A stretch of 64,000 nt of DNA from Trueperaceae bacterium (GTDB lineage: Bacteria > Deinococcota > Deinococci > Deinococcales > Trueperaceae). The stretch covers positions 1,984,001 through 2,048,000 of the forward strand of contig OZ243913.1 in assembly GCA_965213705.1 (NCBI GenBank), in the 5' to 3' direction. The notes beneath the pieces were generated by a model. It was not told the DNA's origin. It saw only the letters and a program-made list of their open reading frames with translations, and made no database searches. Below, in pieces: positions 1 to 8,898 of this stretch. Position 1 is the first letter of the stretch; the number at the start of each line of letters is the position of its first letter. The position numbers and the translations under genes were made by a program.

Positions 1-99
1 CCGCATCACCCCGAAAATAAGCGACAGCCCCACCCCGATGAGCGCGTACACGCCGCCGATGAGGATGCCGCCGGAAAGGTTTTGAATAAAAGCTTCCAT
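1..99 (-). CDS. Branched-chain amino acid ABC transporter permease (LivH-like), N-terminal part; runs off the window
   Basis: Manual translation from ATG at 99: MEAFIQNLSGGILIGGVYALIGVGLSLIFGVMR, a typical LivH N-terminus; lies downstream of the substrate-binding gene. Confidence 0.85.
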   Translation of the reverse strand, partial: MEAFIQNLSGGILIGGVYALIGVGLSLIFGVMR

Positions 100-134
100 A
101 AAAATAGGGACGAGAAACGCGCTTCTCGTCCCCT
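100..134 (-). terminator. Hairpin with U-tract between the SBP and permease genes (intra-operon terminator or stabiliser)
   Basis: GGGACGAGAA/TTCTCGTCCC stem; A-run at 100-104 gives a U-tract on the minus strand. Confidence 0.6.
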
Positions 135-140
135 AAAGGT

Positions 141-1352
141 TTAGCGTTCGTTCCAGTTCGGAGCCGGAAACTGCGTGTCGCCGACGGCGGCCTCTTCGGG
201 GAACACCGTAGCGAACGTGCCGCCCTGCACCTGCTCGGCAATCATCTTGACCGGGTTCTGGTTCATGTAGCCGTTTTCGCTCGTGAACTGAATCGGGCCG
301 TAGGCTGTGTCAGGCAGGTTGGTGGCGGCGAGCGCGTCGCGCACCGCTGCCGGGGTCATGTCCGTAGCGCGGCGCAGCGCGTCGGCGGCGGTGATGACGG
401 CGGCGTAACCCTGCGCCGCGTGGTAGGAAGGTTCCTTGCCGAGTTTTTCGACGAGGCGCTCGTACAGGCTCTGTGCGCCGGGATAAGAAACGTCTTGCGT
501 CCAGGCGGTCGCCGTCACCACGTAGTCGGCCGCGTCGCCCGCGCCTTCGATGAATGAGGGCAGCGCGAACCCGGCCGCGCCGCCCGCGAACAGTTTCGCG
601 TTCAGTCCGACCTCTTTGGCCTGCCGCATGATGGCGATGCCGTCGTCTTCGTAAGAGACCATCATCACCACGTCGGGGTCGGCGGCGGCAAAGCGGTTCA
701 GCACCGGGCGAAAGTCGGTCACGCCTTTGTCGTAGTTTTCATCTTCGACTATTTCGTAGCCGCGCTCGTCGGCAAGTCTCAGCGCCGCGTCCGAAACGGC
801 CGACTCGAAGGTGCCGTTGCCGTGGATGATGGCGATGGTTTGCAGGGTGCCATCACCACCGGCGTTGATTTGGTCCATGAGGTCGAACAACACCTCGGCG
901 TAAGCGGCGGCGGGTTGGTTGAGCCGGAATACCCATTCCGAGCCGGGCTGGGTAATTGAGTCCGCCGACGAGGTAAAGACCAGGAAAGGGTATCCCTGAC
1001 GGGCGAAATACTGGCTCAGCGGGTTGGTGATGCTGGACGAATACGCGCCCATGACGAGCGGCAAACCCTGGTTGACGAGCTGTTCGGCGGCGGCGAGCGC
1101 CACGTTGACTTCCGAAGTGTCGTCCTCGAGCACCAGCTCCATCATCATTCCGTTGATGCCGCCGGCCTCGTTGACCTCCTCGAGCGCCACGTCCATCCCG
1201 GCCTGCTGCTGCTCGCCGAAAGTAGCGAAGCGCCCGGTCAGGCTGGTAATCACGCCCACTCTGACGCTGTCTTGTGAAGCGTCTTGGGCGAGAACGCTCG
1301 AGCCGACAGCCAGGGCGACCAAAAGCGTAAGGCTTGCTGCGAACCGTTTCAT
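141..1352 (-). CDS. Branched-chain amino acid ABC transporter substrate-binding protein (LivJ/K-like)
   Basis: Signal peptide MKRFAASLTLLVALAVGSSVLA; VGVITSLTG and INGMMMELVLEDD motifs; start reset to ATG 1352 after AGGAGG. Confidence 0.9.
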   Translation of the reverse strand: MKRFAASLTLLVALAVGSSVLAQDASQDSVRVGVITSLTGRFATFGEQQQAGMDVALEEVNEAGGINGMMMELVLEDDTSEVNVALAAAEQLVNQGLPLVMGAYSSSITNPLSQYFARQGYPFLVFTSSADSITQPGSEWVFRLNQPAAAYAEVLFDLMDQINAGGDGTLQTIAIIHGNGTFESAVSDAALRLADERGYEIVEDENYDKGVTDFRPVLNRFAAADPDVVMMVSYEDDGIAIMRQAKEVGLNAKLFAGGAAGFALPSFIEGAGDAADYVVTATAWTQDVSYPGAQSLYERLVEKLGKEPSYHAAQGYAAVITAADALRRATDMTPAAVRDALAATNLPDTAYGPIQFTSENGYMNQNPVKMIAEQVQGGTFATVFPEEAAVGDTQFPAPNWNER

Positions 1353-1607
1353 GTTGCCTCCTGTTCGTTTTTGTGTTTGCTGTCGCAGCCTACCAGACCC
1401 GTGTGGGCGCGTCAATCTCGGCGCACACGGGTCTCTTCAACTACGACTTGCGAACCCGCAAGCGTCGTTGAAAGAGGTATCAGGGGTCTCCCAAAGCTCA
1501 CTTTTCTCGGGCGCTGAGGGTGGGGTCCAAAGTTATGCTGAGCCGCCCTCACTTGCACATTCGGTACGCTCTTCCTCCCGCGTACAAGATGTGGTAATCT
1601 CCGCAGC

Positions 1608-2345
1608 GTGGCGGCTGTCGAAAATGTCGAAGCGTCAGGTTTTCAGGTCGTGACGGCTCACTTCACGGGCACGCTGGGCGAACTCGCCCACGCCCTGCGC
1701 ACGGCCAAACTCAGCCCCCAACACCTGGACGTGTTGCAACTCGTGCGCGATTACCTGGCCTACTTCACCGTCGCCGCCGAGGCCGACCTCGAACTCGCCT
1801 CGGAAGCGCTGCCGCTGGTCGCGCGCGTCGTCGAGCTTAAAATTCGCTTTTTGCTGCCGCGTCCGCCTAAAGAACAAGAGGATGAAGCCGAGGTGCTCGA
1901 GGAGACGCTTGAGACCGTCACCTTATTGGAGGACTTAGAAGACGCCATCGGGTTTCTAAAACGCCGCCGCGAGGCGAGGCGCGTCGTGTTGACTGCAAAA
2001 ACGCCCCGGCCCGACTACCCGCGCCCGGAGCGGCCTCTCAAGGTCGGCGTCGACAAGCTTAAACAACTCGCCTCGCGCTACTCGTCGGGTGCGTACTTCG
2101 AACTCGCCTTTGAACGCCTCACGATGGCGGGGGCCATCAAAAACCTGCTGACCAGGCTCCGGCGGGTGCGGCGCGGGACGTTGGGCGACTTGCTCGAGCA
2201 CCGGACTTGGGCGGTGCTTACCGTAACGTTTTCGGGGCTGCTCGAGCTGGTCAAAGAAGGTAAGGTGCGGGCGTACCAGGACGAGGCTTACGGCCCGATT
2301 GTCGTTGAGTTGGCAGAGGCGCAAGAAAAGCGCGAAGCGGCGTAG
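1608..2345 (+). CDS. scpA: Segregation and condensation protein A
   Basis: F-x-G-x-L N-terminus, ELKIRFLLPRP, C-terminal TFSGLLELVKEGKV..Q...YGPI winged helix; TAATCT 7 nt before GTG. Confidence 0.8.
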   Translation: MAAVENVEASGFQVVTAHFTGTLGELAHALRTAKLSPQHLDVLQLVRDYLAYFTVAAEADLELASEALPLVARVVELKIRFLLPRPPKEQEDEAEVLEETLETVTLLEDLEDAIGFLKRRREARRVVLTAKTPRPDYPRPERPLKVGVDKLKQLASRYSSGAYFELAFERLTMAGAIKNLLTRLRRVRRGTLGDLLEHRTWAVLTVTFSGLLELVKEGKVRAYQDEAYGPIVVELAEAQEKREAA

Positions 2346-4031
2346 TCAGTCCCCCGGCTCATACCGCCCCAACCGGTAACCCCCGTAAAGCAGCGGTAAA
2401 ACGGTGCTCAAAAACGTTATGAGCGCGAGCAGCGTGAGCACCAACAAACCTTCCGGCGTGCGCCAGACCAATAAATTTGGATTTTTGAGCGTCTGCCAGG
2501 CGGGCCAGGCCAAAACAAGGGTCATGAGGGCGGTAAAAGCGAGCGACAGGGTCATGTAGAGCAGGCCGCCCGCCGCCAGCGGAATCTCGCTCGGGGTAGT
2601 CGCGTCGAAGCGGGGAAAGGCCGCGCCCAACCCGACGCCCAAACCGGTCGTGGCGAGGGCGGCGCACAGTCCGGCCACAGGACTCGCCCAAGCTAAGTTC
2701 TCGCTCACGTCGAGCAGGCGGGCGGCTGCCACGCCCAGCCCGACGCCGAGGAGCAACATCGGTACCAGGGCTTGCCAGAACTTGCTCAGCACAATGGCAC
2801 GAGCACTCAACGGCCCCGTTTTGAGAAGCCAAAACCCTTCGCCCTCCAAGCTTACGACCGGGTAGCTCATGCGGACGCCGGTTCCGGCCAGCAAAAAGCC
2901 CATAAACAGCAAGTTCAGGGTGCCGAGCGCGTCGCGGAAGCGCTGGCCGTCCAACCCTTCGACCGTGAAGCTGCCGACGCTGACCAGGTACACCCCCGCC
3001 AGCGCCACCAACACGAGCAGTTGCGACCACTGGGTCGGGTCGCGCCACAGCAGTTTGAGGTCTTTGGCGACCACCGCGCCCGGCGGGCCGAAACGGTGGA
3101 GTATCCGCTCGAGCCCACTCGCACGCCGCGCCCTGGGGTCGAGTTTGGGTGTGCCCGAGTCGAGCGCGCGTATCCAGCCCTCCCGGTAAGCAAAAGCCGC
3201 CAACCTCGCGCTACCCCACAGCAAAATTAGGCCGGAGCCGGCGAGCGCGTAGGTACCCAGCGTGAGGTTGCCCGAAAGCGCCCCCCAAACCGCCTGCGAG
3301 GCCCAACTCGTCGGCAACCAGTTCAGCTCGAAGCTGGCGAAGCGCTCCAAAAACCGGCTGAGTTCTTCCAAAGACATGGTGGCGAGTTGCTCGGGGCGCA
3401 GCACGCGCAGGCCGACGACAAAAGCGGCGGCCAGGACGACGCTCACGCCCGTCGCCACCTCCTTGACCCGCCCCGCCGGGGCGACCCGCATGAGGAAGAG
3501 CGCGACCACGCAACCGAGCGCCACCGGCAGCGCGTACAGCGCCAATACCGCGGCCAGCGCCAAGCCGTAATAGGCGAGCGGTGCGGTGCGCTCCACGCCG
3601 AGCGCCAGCAGCACCGGCAGGGTGAACAGTGCGGGCAGCAGCGCCGCGCCCACGTAGGTCTCGGCTACCTTGAGCGTAAAGACTGAGGCGGGCGAGATGG
3701 GTAAACTCAGCAAAAAGGGCAGGTCGTTAGAGCTGTAAAGCGTGTGTACCGCCGTGGTGAGCACGCTGAAGGTCACGCCCAAAACGAGTACCAAAGACAG
3801 GGTTTCCAAACTGCGCTGCAACACGGCGTCGGCGATGTCCTCGTTGCCGAAGCGCAAAAACCGGTCTATAAAGCGCACGCCGCGCTTTGTGGCGCTGAAC
3901 ATGCCCCAGTAAACCAGCAGCAACAGGCCCAACCCGAGCAGGTACTGGGCGGGCCGCCGTTTGGCACTGTTTGTAAAACCGCGCAGGCGCATGGCGAACA
4001 GCAGCAGGGGTTTGTCGTAGCTCGTCAGCAC
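2346..4031 (-). CDS. ABC-2-type transporter permease
   Basis: Many TM segments; DLPFLLSLPI, KDLKLLWRDPTQWSQ and SLEGEGFWLLK motifs; coupled to an ABC ATPase. Confidence 0.85.
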   Translation of the reverse strand: MLTSYDKPLLLFAMRLRGFTNSAKRRPAQYLLGLGLLLLVYWGMFSATKRGVRFIDRFLRFGNEDIADAVLQRSLETLSLVLVLGVTFSVLTTAVHTLYSSNDLPFLLSLPISPASVFTLKVAETYVGAALLPALFTLPVLLALGVERTAPLAYYGLALAAVLALYALPVALGCVVALFLMRVAPAGRVKEVATGVSVVLAAAFVVGLRVLRPEQLATMSLEELSRFLERFASFELNWLPTSWASQAVWGALSGNLTLGTYALAGSGLILLWGSARLAAFAYREGWIRALDSGTPKLDPRARRASGLERILHRFGPPGAVVAKDLKLLWRDPTQWSQLLVLVALAGVYLVSVGSFTVEGLDGQRFRDALGTLNLLFMGFLLAGTGVRMSYPVVSLEGEGFWLLKTGPLSARAIVLSKFWQALVPMLLLGVGLGVAAARLLDVSENLAWASPVAGLCAALATTGLGVGLGAAFPRFDATTPSEIPLAAGGLLYMTLSLAFTALMTLVLAWPAWQTLKNPNLLVWRTPEGLLVLTLLALITFLSTVLPLLYGGYRLGRYEPGD

Positions 4032-4783
4032 ACCGCCGCGACTTCCGTGGCGGCGTGCGTTTGCGCCGACTCTTCGGTGAGTTGAAAAAAGATGGCTTCC
4101 AAGTCGGCGTGCGCGTCACCGACTTGTGTTCTCAAATCGTCCAGGGTTCCAGCGGCAGCGACGCTGCCGCGGTGAACGAGCAGCACGCGGTCGGCGACCT
4201 CGGCAGCCGTTTCCATCGAGTGGGTAGTGAGGAGAACGGTGCGCCCCTTGGCCGCGTAGCTTTTCATGAGGTCGCGCACCTGCCGCGCGGCTCGAGGGTC
4301 CAACCCCACCATCGGCTCGTCGATGACCAAGACCTCGGGTTCGTGAATCAGCGCGGCGATAAAGGTGAGTTTTTGGCGCATCCCGTGCGAGTAAGTTTCG
4401 ACGAGTTCGTTGCCGAAGTCCTGCAAGCCGAACAGCTCGAGCCACGTTTGCGCTTTGGCCTCGCCGTCCACAACGTTGCGCAGTTTGCACAAAAACCGTA
4501 GCAACTCGCGCCCGCTGAGCTTTTGGTACAGGTAGGGTCGGTCGGGCACGTAGCCGAGCCGCGCCTTGGCCTGGGTGCCGCGTCTTACCACGTCGTAACC
4601 CGCTAAGCGCACCGTACCCGAACTCGGCCGGATGAGGCCGGTAATAGCTTTCAGCGTCGTCGATTTGCCCGCCCCGTTCGGGCCGAGCAGCCCGAGCACC
4701 TCGCCGGGCCGGGCCGTAAAGGTAACGCCTTTGACCGCCTCGACACGGCCGTAACGTTTGACGAGGTCGGTGACTTCAATCAT
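4025..4783 (-). CDS. ABC transporter ATP-binding protein
   Basis: GPNGAGKST Walker A, YSHGMRQK signature, LVIDEP Walker B. Confidence 0.95.
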   Translation of the reverse strand: MIEVTDLVKRYGRVEAVKGVTFTARPGEVLGLLGPNGAGKSTTLKAITGLIRPSSGTVRLAGYDVVRRGTQAKARLGYVPDRPYLYQKLSGRELLRFLCKLRNVVDGEAKAQTWLELFGLQDFGNELVETYSHGMRQKLTFIAALIHEPEVLVIDEPMVGLDPRAARQVRDLMKSYAAKGRTVLLTTHSMETAAEVADRVLLVHRGSVAAAGTLDDLRTQVGDAHADLEAIFFQLTEESAQTHAATEVAAVC

Positions 4784-4826
4784 CGTGCGACCTCACCCTC
4801 GACCAACCTCGTCCCGCACCCTTTTT

Positions 4827-4863
4827 CTCCCCTTTCAGGGGAGGTGCCCGTAGGGCGGAGGGG
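4827..4863. repeat. REP-like GC-rich double hairpin
   Basis: CTCCCCT-TTC-AGGGGAG followed by GCCC-GTA-GGGC GGAGGGG in the intergenic region. Confidence 0.45.
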
Positions 4864-4890
4864 TCGGGTCGAAGGGTGACGAAAAGTCAC

Positions 4891-4925
4891 AAAAAAGCCC
4901 CCGCTCGAGCTGACGAGACGGGGGC
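4891..4925 (-). terminator. Rho-independent terminator of ctpA
   Basis: GCCCCCG...CGGGGGC stem with a 6-A run (U-tract on the minus strand). Confidence 0.75.
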
Positions 4926-4941
4926 GCAGTTGAAACTTTGG

Positions 4942-6282
4942 TTAGTTGGACGGGGCGGCGGCAACCTCATTGAGAAGGGTATCGTACGCCACCTTGAGCG
5001 CGCTGTCTGTTGACAAGTCCACGACCGCCTCGCCCTGCACTTCGCTGTAGTCGCGGGTGCGGCCGGTCGAAACGAAGTCGAAGTTGCCGTCTTCGTTGGC
5101 CGTCGCCGTGCCGACGACCTCGCCGTCGACGACCAGTTGGAGTTCCTGACCCGGCTGGGCACCTTGACCTTCTAAAGAAATCACGTTCGGCGTGCGGGTG
5201 TCTTCGGCCAGAATGTCCGGCGTGATGCCCTTGTCGGCGATGCTGTTGCGCTCGGGCGTAAGCCACTCGAACGACACGTAAGCGAGTTGCCCGCCGTCGG
5301 ACAGTGAAATCACGTTCTGCGCGACGCCTTTGCCGAAGGTGTCCTCACCGATGACGAGGGCGCGGCCGTTTTCTTGCAACGCGCCCGCGACGATTTCCGA
5401 AGCGGAGGCCGAATTGCGGTTGACGAGCACCACCATCGGCAGGTCGAACCAGGCGGGGTCGGCCGCCGCGATGCGCTGCGTCACGCCGCGCGCCCGCTGA
5501 AACACGATGTCGCCCTCGTTCAAAAACTCGTCGGCGACCAAGATGCCCTGGTTGAGCAAACCGCCGCCGTTGTCGCGCAAGTCCAAAATGAGCGAGGTGA
5601 TGCCTTGGGCTTGAAGATTCTCTAGTTGCGCCAACATCTGGTCGTAGAGTTGCTGGTTGGCGAACGTGGACAAGCTCAGGTACCCGACGTCGCCGGGCAA
5701 CACCGCCGTCTCGACGCTGACGATGTCGATGGTGCCCCGTTCGATGCTGAACATCACCGGCTCCTCGACGCCGGGGCGCAGCATGGTGATGTTGACGACG
5801 GTGCCTTTGGGGCCGCGCACCACGTCCGCGACTTCGGCGGGGTTGAACTCGGACACGTCTTGGCCGTCGACCTCTAAAAAGATGTCACCCTTTTTGACGC
5901 CTGCGGTGTAGGCGGGGCCGTCACGGTAAACGTTCAAGATTTCGACACCTTTGCTGGTTTGCCGGTTGCGCACCTGCAGCACCGCGCCGATGCCCTCGAA
6001 CGAGCCCGACATGTCTTGGTTGCGCCGCGCGGTCGCTTTGGGGTCGGCGTAGTAGGTAAACGGGTCGTCGAGCGCCTCCAACATGCCGTTGATGGCACCC
6101 TCGATAATGGCGTCGTCTTGGACGTCGTCGAGATAGTTCGACTTCAGCGCGCCGTAGGTCTGGATAAAAGCGCGTCCGGCGGGCGTGTTCAAAAACTCTT
6201 CCGAGTAGTCGCCTTGGCGCTGGGCGTAGACGGCGACCAGTGAAAGTGCGACGAGCAACGCCGCCAAATAAGCTCGCTTCAT
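4942..6282 (-). CDS. ctpA: S41 C-terminal processing peptidase with PDZ domain
   Basis: Signal peptide; GSFEGIG PDZ loop, LILDLRDNGGGLL, SASASEIVAGALQ, TFGKG. Confidence 0.92.
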   Translation of the reverse strand: MKRAYLAALLVALSLVAVYAQRQGDYSEEFLNTPAGRAFIQTYGALKSNYLDDVQDDAIIEGAINGMLEALDDPFTYYADPKATARRNQDMSGSFEGIGAVLQVRNRQTSKGVEILNVYRDGPAYTAGVKKGDIFLEVDGQDVSEFNPAEVADVVRGPKGTVVNITMLRPGVEEPVMFSIERGTIDIVSVETAVLPGDVGYLSLSTFANQQLYDQMLAQLENLQAQGITSLILDLRDNGGGLLNQGILVADEFLNEGDIVFQRARGVTQRIAAADPAWFDLPMVVLVNRNSASASEIVAGALQENGRALVIGEDTFGKGVAQNVISLSDGGQLAYVSFEWLTPERNSIADKGITPDILAEDTRTPNVISLEGQGAQPGQELQLVVDGEVVGTATANEDGNFDFVSTGRTRDYSEVQGEAVVDLSTDSALKVAYDTLLNEVAAAPSN

Positions 6283-6489
6283 AAAACCTCCGCGCGTATT
6301 AGGGTCATAAAGTCAAGTATAAGCAGCCCGGTGACAAAGCTCGGTAAGGATTGTTACGAGGTTGGCTTGGGTTCGCGCGGGTGCGGCTCGAGTTCGGGTC
6401 AGTTGGGTTGAACCACCGGTGCACCTTGCCCGTCCCCAGAGTGCTCACGGTTCGAACGCCGTGACCCGAGGTTTGTTACCCTGACTGTT

Positions 6490-7101
6490 ATGCCCTTTTA
6501 CGAATTCGGCGGCGGCCACTTAGAACTCATCGTCGGCCCCATGTTTTTAGGCAAGTCCGAAGAACTCATCCGCCGCGTCAAGCGTGCGCTCCTCGCCAAG
6601 CAAAAAGTTCAAGTCTTCAAACCTGCCGTCGACGACCGCTACGACGCCGTCCAGGTGGCCTCGCACGACGGCCGCACTTTCGAGGCGGTAGCGGTCGAAA
6701 ACGTCTCAGCGCTGACAAACCTGGTAGAGGCGGACACGCAGGTCGTCGCCATCGACGAAGCTCAGTTTTTTGATGAAAGCCTCGTCGGGTTCGCTCTGGA
6801 CTTAGCCGAGGCGGGCAAGCGCGTCCTCATCGCTGGACTCGACCTGGATTTTCGCGGCGAGTCGTTCGGCCCGCTGCCCGAGTTGCTGGCCCAGGCCGAG
6901 GTTGTAGAAAAGCTCACCGCCATTTGCAGCTGTGGCCGCGCGGCGACGCGCACGCAACGGCTCATCGGCGGGCACCCGGCGCACTTCGACGACCCCGTTA
7001 TCTTGGTGGGTGCGGCCGAAAGCTACGAACCGCGCTGCCGCAGCTGCCACGACGTGCCGCGCCGCGCACGCGTTTCGCCGCTTTTTACGGCGGCCGACTA
7101 A
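6490..7101 (+). CDS. tdk: Thymidine kinase (type II)
   Basis: GPMFx[24 protein letters not shown], Zn-binding Cys pairs, YEPRCRSC. Confidence 0.95.
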   Translation: MPFYEFGGGHLELIVGPMFLGKSEELIRRVKRALLAKQKVQVFKPAVDDRYDAVQVASHDGRTFEAVAVENVSALTNLVEADTQVVAIDEAQFFDESLVGFALDLAEAGKRVLIAGLDLDFRGESFGPLPELLAQAEVVEKLTAICSCGRAATRTQRLIGGHPAHFDDPVILVGAAESYEPRCRSCHDVPRRARVSPLFTAAD

Positions 7102-7199
7102 GTATCTCCATGGTGAATTTGCAGGAGCAAATTCACCCGAGTGGAGCGAGTACGGATAGACCAACTAAGCATTCTGCAAATTCACTATGGATTAGCTTA
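7099..7199. repeat. About 100-bp element with imperfect terminal inverted repeats (MITE-like)
   Basis: CCATGGTGAATTTGCAG (7108-7124) pairs with CTGCAAATTCACTATGG (7174-7190); TAAG/CTTA at the ends. Confidence 0.5.
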
Positions 7200-7255
7200 A
7201 ACGAAACCGCACGCGCTTTGTTGAGACGCGTGCGGTCGACGAGTTTAAAGTCGGG

Positions 7256-7513
7256 CTACGAAGGCTTTTCGGGCGTGTCGTAACGGGAAGTTGCTTCGCG
7301 AACAAGCGTAAACTTGAACTTGAGCACCAACAAGACGACCGCGCCTACGACGACGAACACGAACAGGCGCGTGACCAGGGCCAGGACGAGAGCCGCCGCC
7401 ACCCAGGTCAGGGCGAGCTTGAACACGCGCACGCCTTCGGGGTTGCGCAGCTCGAGCTGCCGCACTTTCAGAAACGCCACTAGCTGCTCGAGGCTTCTTT
7501 GTAAAGTTTCCAC
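7256..7513 (-). CDS. Small membrane protein, DUF4342-related
   Basis: Hydrophobic stretch; RQLELRNPEGVRVFKLALT resembles its upstream neighbour; translationally coupled. Confidence 0.6.
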   Translation of the reverse strand: METLQRSLEQLVAFLKVRQLELRNPEGVRVFKLALTWVAAALVLALVTRLFVFVVVGAVVLLVLKFKFTLVREATSRYDTPEKPS

Positions 7514-7875
7514 TACACCACCCCTTCCGACGTCGACTTTTCTTGCCCGGCGAGGTCGCCGTGCTCACGTGTAGGTTCGCGCTCTATACGGATGTTGAGG
7601 TTGGCTATCAAAGCGCCGACCGCGCCCAACGCCGCGAGTTGGGGCGCTATCAGGGCGCCGACCACACCGACGGTGAGGGGGATTTCTAACAACACCTTGT
7701 CCGCGTCGTTACGAATCGTGATGCGGCGGATGTTGCCCTCGCGCAAAACTTCTTTGACCTTGCTGACGACGGCCTCACCGCTGACGTTAAACTCTTCGGT
7801 CGTCACCTCGTTTTCGGCGGTGACCCCGGAGCTGGAACCGCTTTTTGTAACACCGTTCGTATTCAAGTCCGACAC
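7513..7875 (-). CDS. DUF4342 domain protein
   Basis: VKEVLREGNIRRITIRND..LLEIPLTVGVVGALIAPQLAALGAVGAL pattern. Confidence 0.8.
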   Translation of the reverse strand: MSDLNTNGVTKSGSSSGVTAENEVTTEEFNVSGEAVVSKVKEVLREGNIRRITIRNDADKVLLEIPLTVGVVGALIAPQLAALGAVGALIANLNIRIEREPTREHGDLAGQEKSTSEGVV

Positions 7876-7988
7876 GTTACTCCCCTTTCCGGTTTGGAAC
7901 CGTTCGGGTCAGCTTAGCGGGGCGGCTTTCTTTTGTCCTCCTACCAAAGGGGGAGGGTCAGACCAGAACCTGCTAAACTGCTGTAACT

Positions 7989-8531
7989 ATGAAAGAAATA
8001 GACGAACTTTTCCCAAAGGCGTTTTTGGCGCGGCAGGGCGTAACCCCGGAGGCTTTGCGGGCGCGTCTGGAGGTCGTCGGCAGCGACTTTGCGACGGCGC
8101 TGGGCGCGGTGGACGAAGCCGCTTTTTACAGTTCCGAACCCGGAAAGTGGTCGCCCGCACAGCTCGCCGACCACGTTGTGCAGGCGGGTGGGCTGTTCGC
8201 TTACGCCCTCGAGCGCGTTTGTGACGGGCGCGAAACCCTGGTCATGCCGCGGGGCAGGGTTACCCAGGACGGCCGGGCCGTAGCGCCGGGGGAAGAGCCC
8301 GCAGCGGACCGCGGCCGGGCCGACCTGCTCCAAAGTTTTGCGGCCATGCAGGAGAGAGTCGGGGCGGCGGCAGGACGCGCCGCGCAGGCCGACCTGTTGG
8401 ACACGGTTTGTCTCGACCAGTCTTTTTTCGGGCCGATGACGGGGCTCGAGTGTTTGCAGCTGTCCGTCTGGCATATCCGTCACCACACGAAGCAGCTGCC
8501 CGACCCGGCAGGCCAAAGTTCGTCGGCTTGA
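7989..8531 (+). CDS. DinB family protein
   Basis: PGKWSPAQLADHV and FFGPMT...WHIRHHTKQL metal-binding His triad. Confidence 0.85.
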   Translation: MKEIDELFPKAFLARQGVTPEALRARLEVVGSDFATALGAVDEAAFYSSEPGKWSPAQLADHVVQAGGLFAYALERVCDGRETLVMPRGRVTQDGRAVAPGEEPAADRGRADLLQSFAAMQERVGAAAGRAAQADLLDTVCLDQSFFGPMTGLECLQLSVWHIRHHTKQLPDPAGQSSSA

Positions 8532-8621
8532 GTCTGCAATTCGGCCCAAAGCTCGGCCCTGCAACTTGAGCCGGCAACCCGGCGCAGAGTTTGAGCTAAA
8601 ACAGCCCCGCGAAGCGTCGAC

Positions 8622-8798
8622 TCAATAGTTCGGACTGTAGGTCGGGGTTGACGTCACCGTCTCGGCGGCGTTGGCCGAATAAGCGCTTTCGGCTTCTTTT
8701 TGCACGTCTTGCAAAAGAGCCAAGTCGCTGACGAAAACTCGTCCCTCGGCCGTCACCCTGAAACCTCCAAAAACCTTGTCCTGCCTGTTTGTGTTCAT
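8622..8798 (-). CDS. Hypothetical 58-aa protein
   Basis: ATG 8798 preceded by SD AAGGAGA; MNTNRQDKVFGGFRVTAEGRVFVSDLALL... Confidence 0.55.
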   Translation of the reverse strand: MNTNRQDKVFGGFRVTAEGRVFVSDLALLQDVQKEAESAYSANAAETVTSTPTYSPNY

Positions 8799-8898
8799 GA
8801 CTGTCTCCTTAGTCTGAAACCTGTCCAAAAGCCACACGGAAAGTGCCCACCTGCATTCCCTCTTGGCCCTAGTAGACGCTTTTGGCGTTAGCGGTTCG

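Noticed and set aside
8800..8895. c-di-GMP-II riboswitch (GGGCACTT motif next to an HD-GYP gene)
   Set aside because: I could not find the downstream AGTG-type pseudoknot partner or the rest of the consensus; kept only as an unassigned structured leader.
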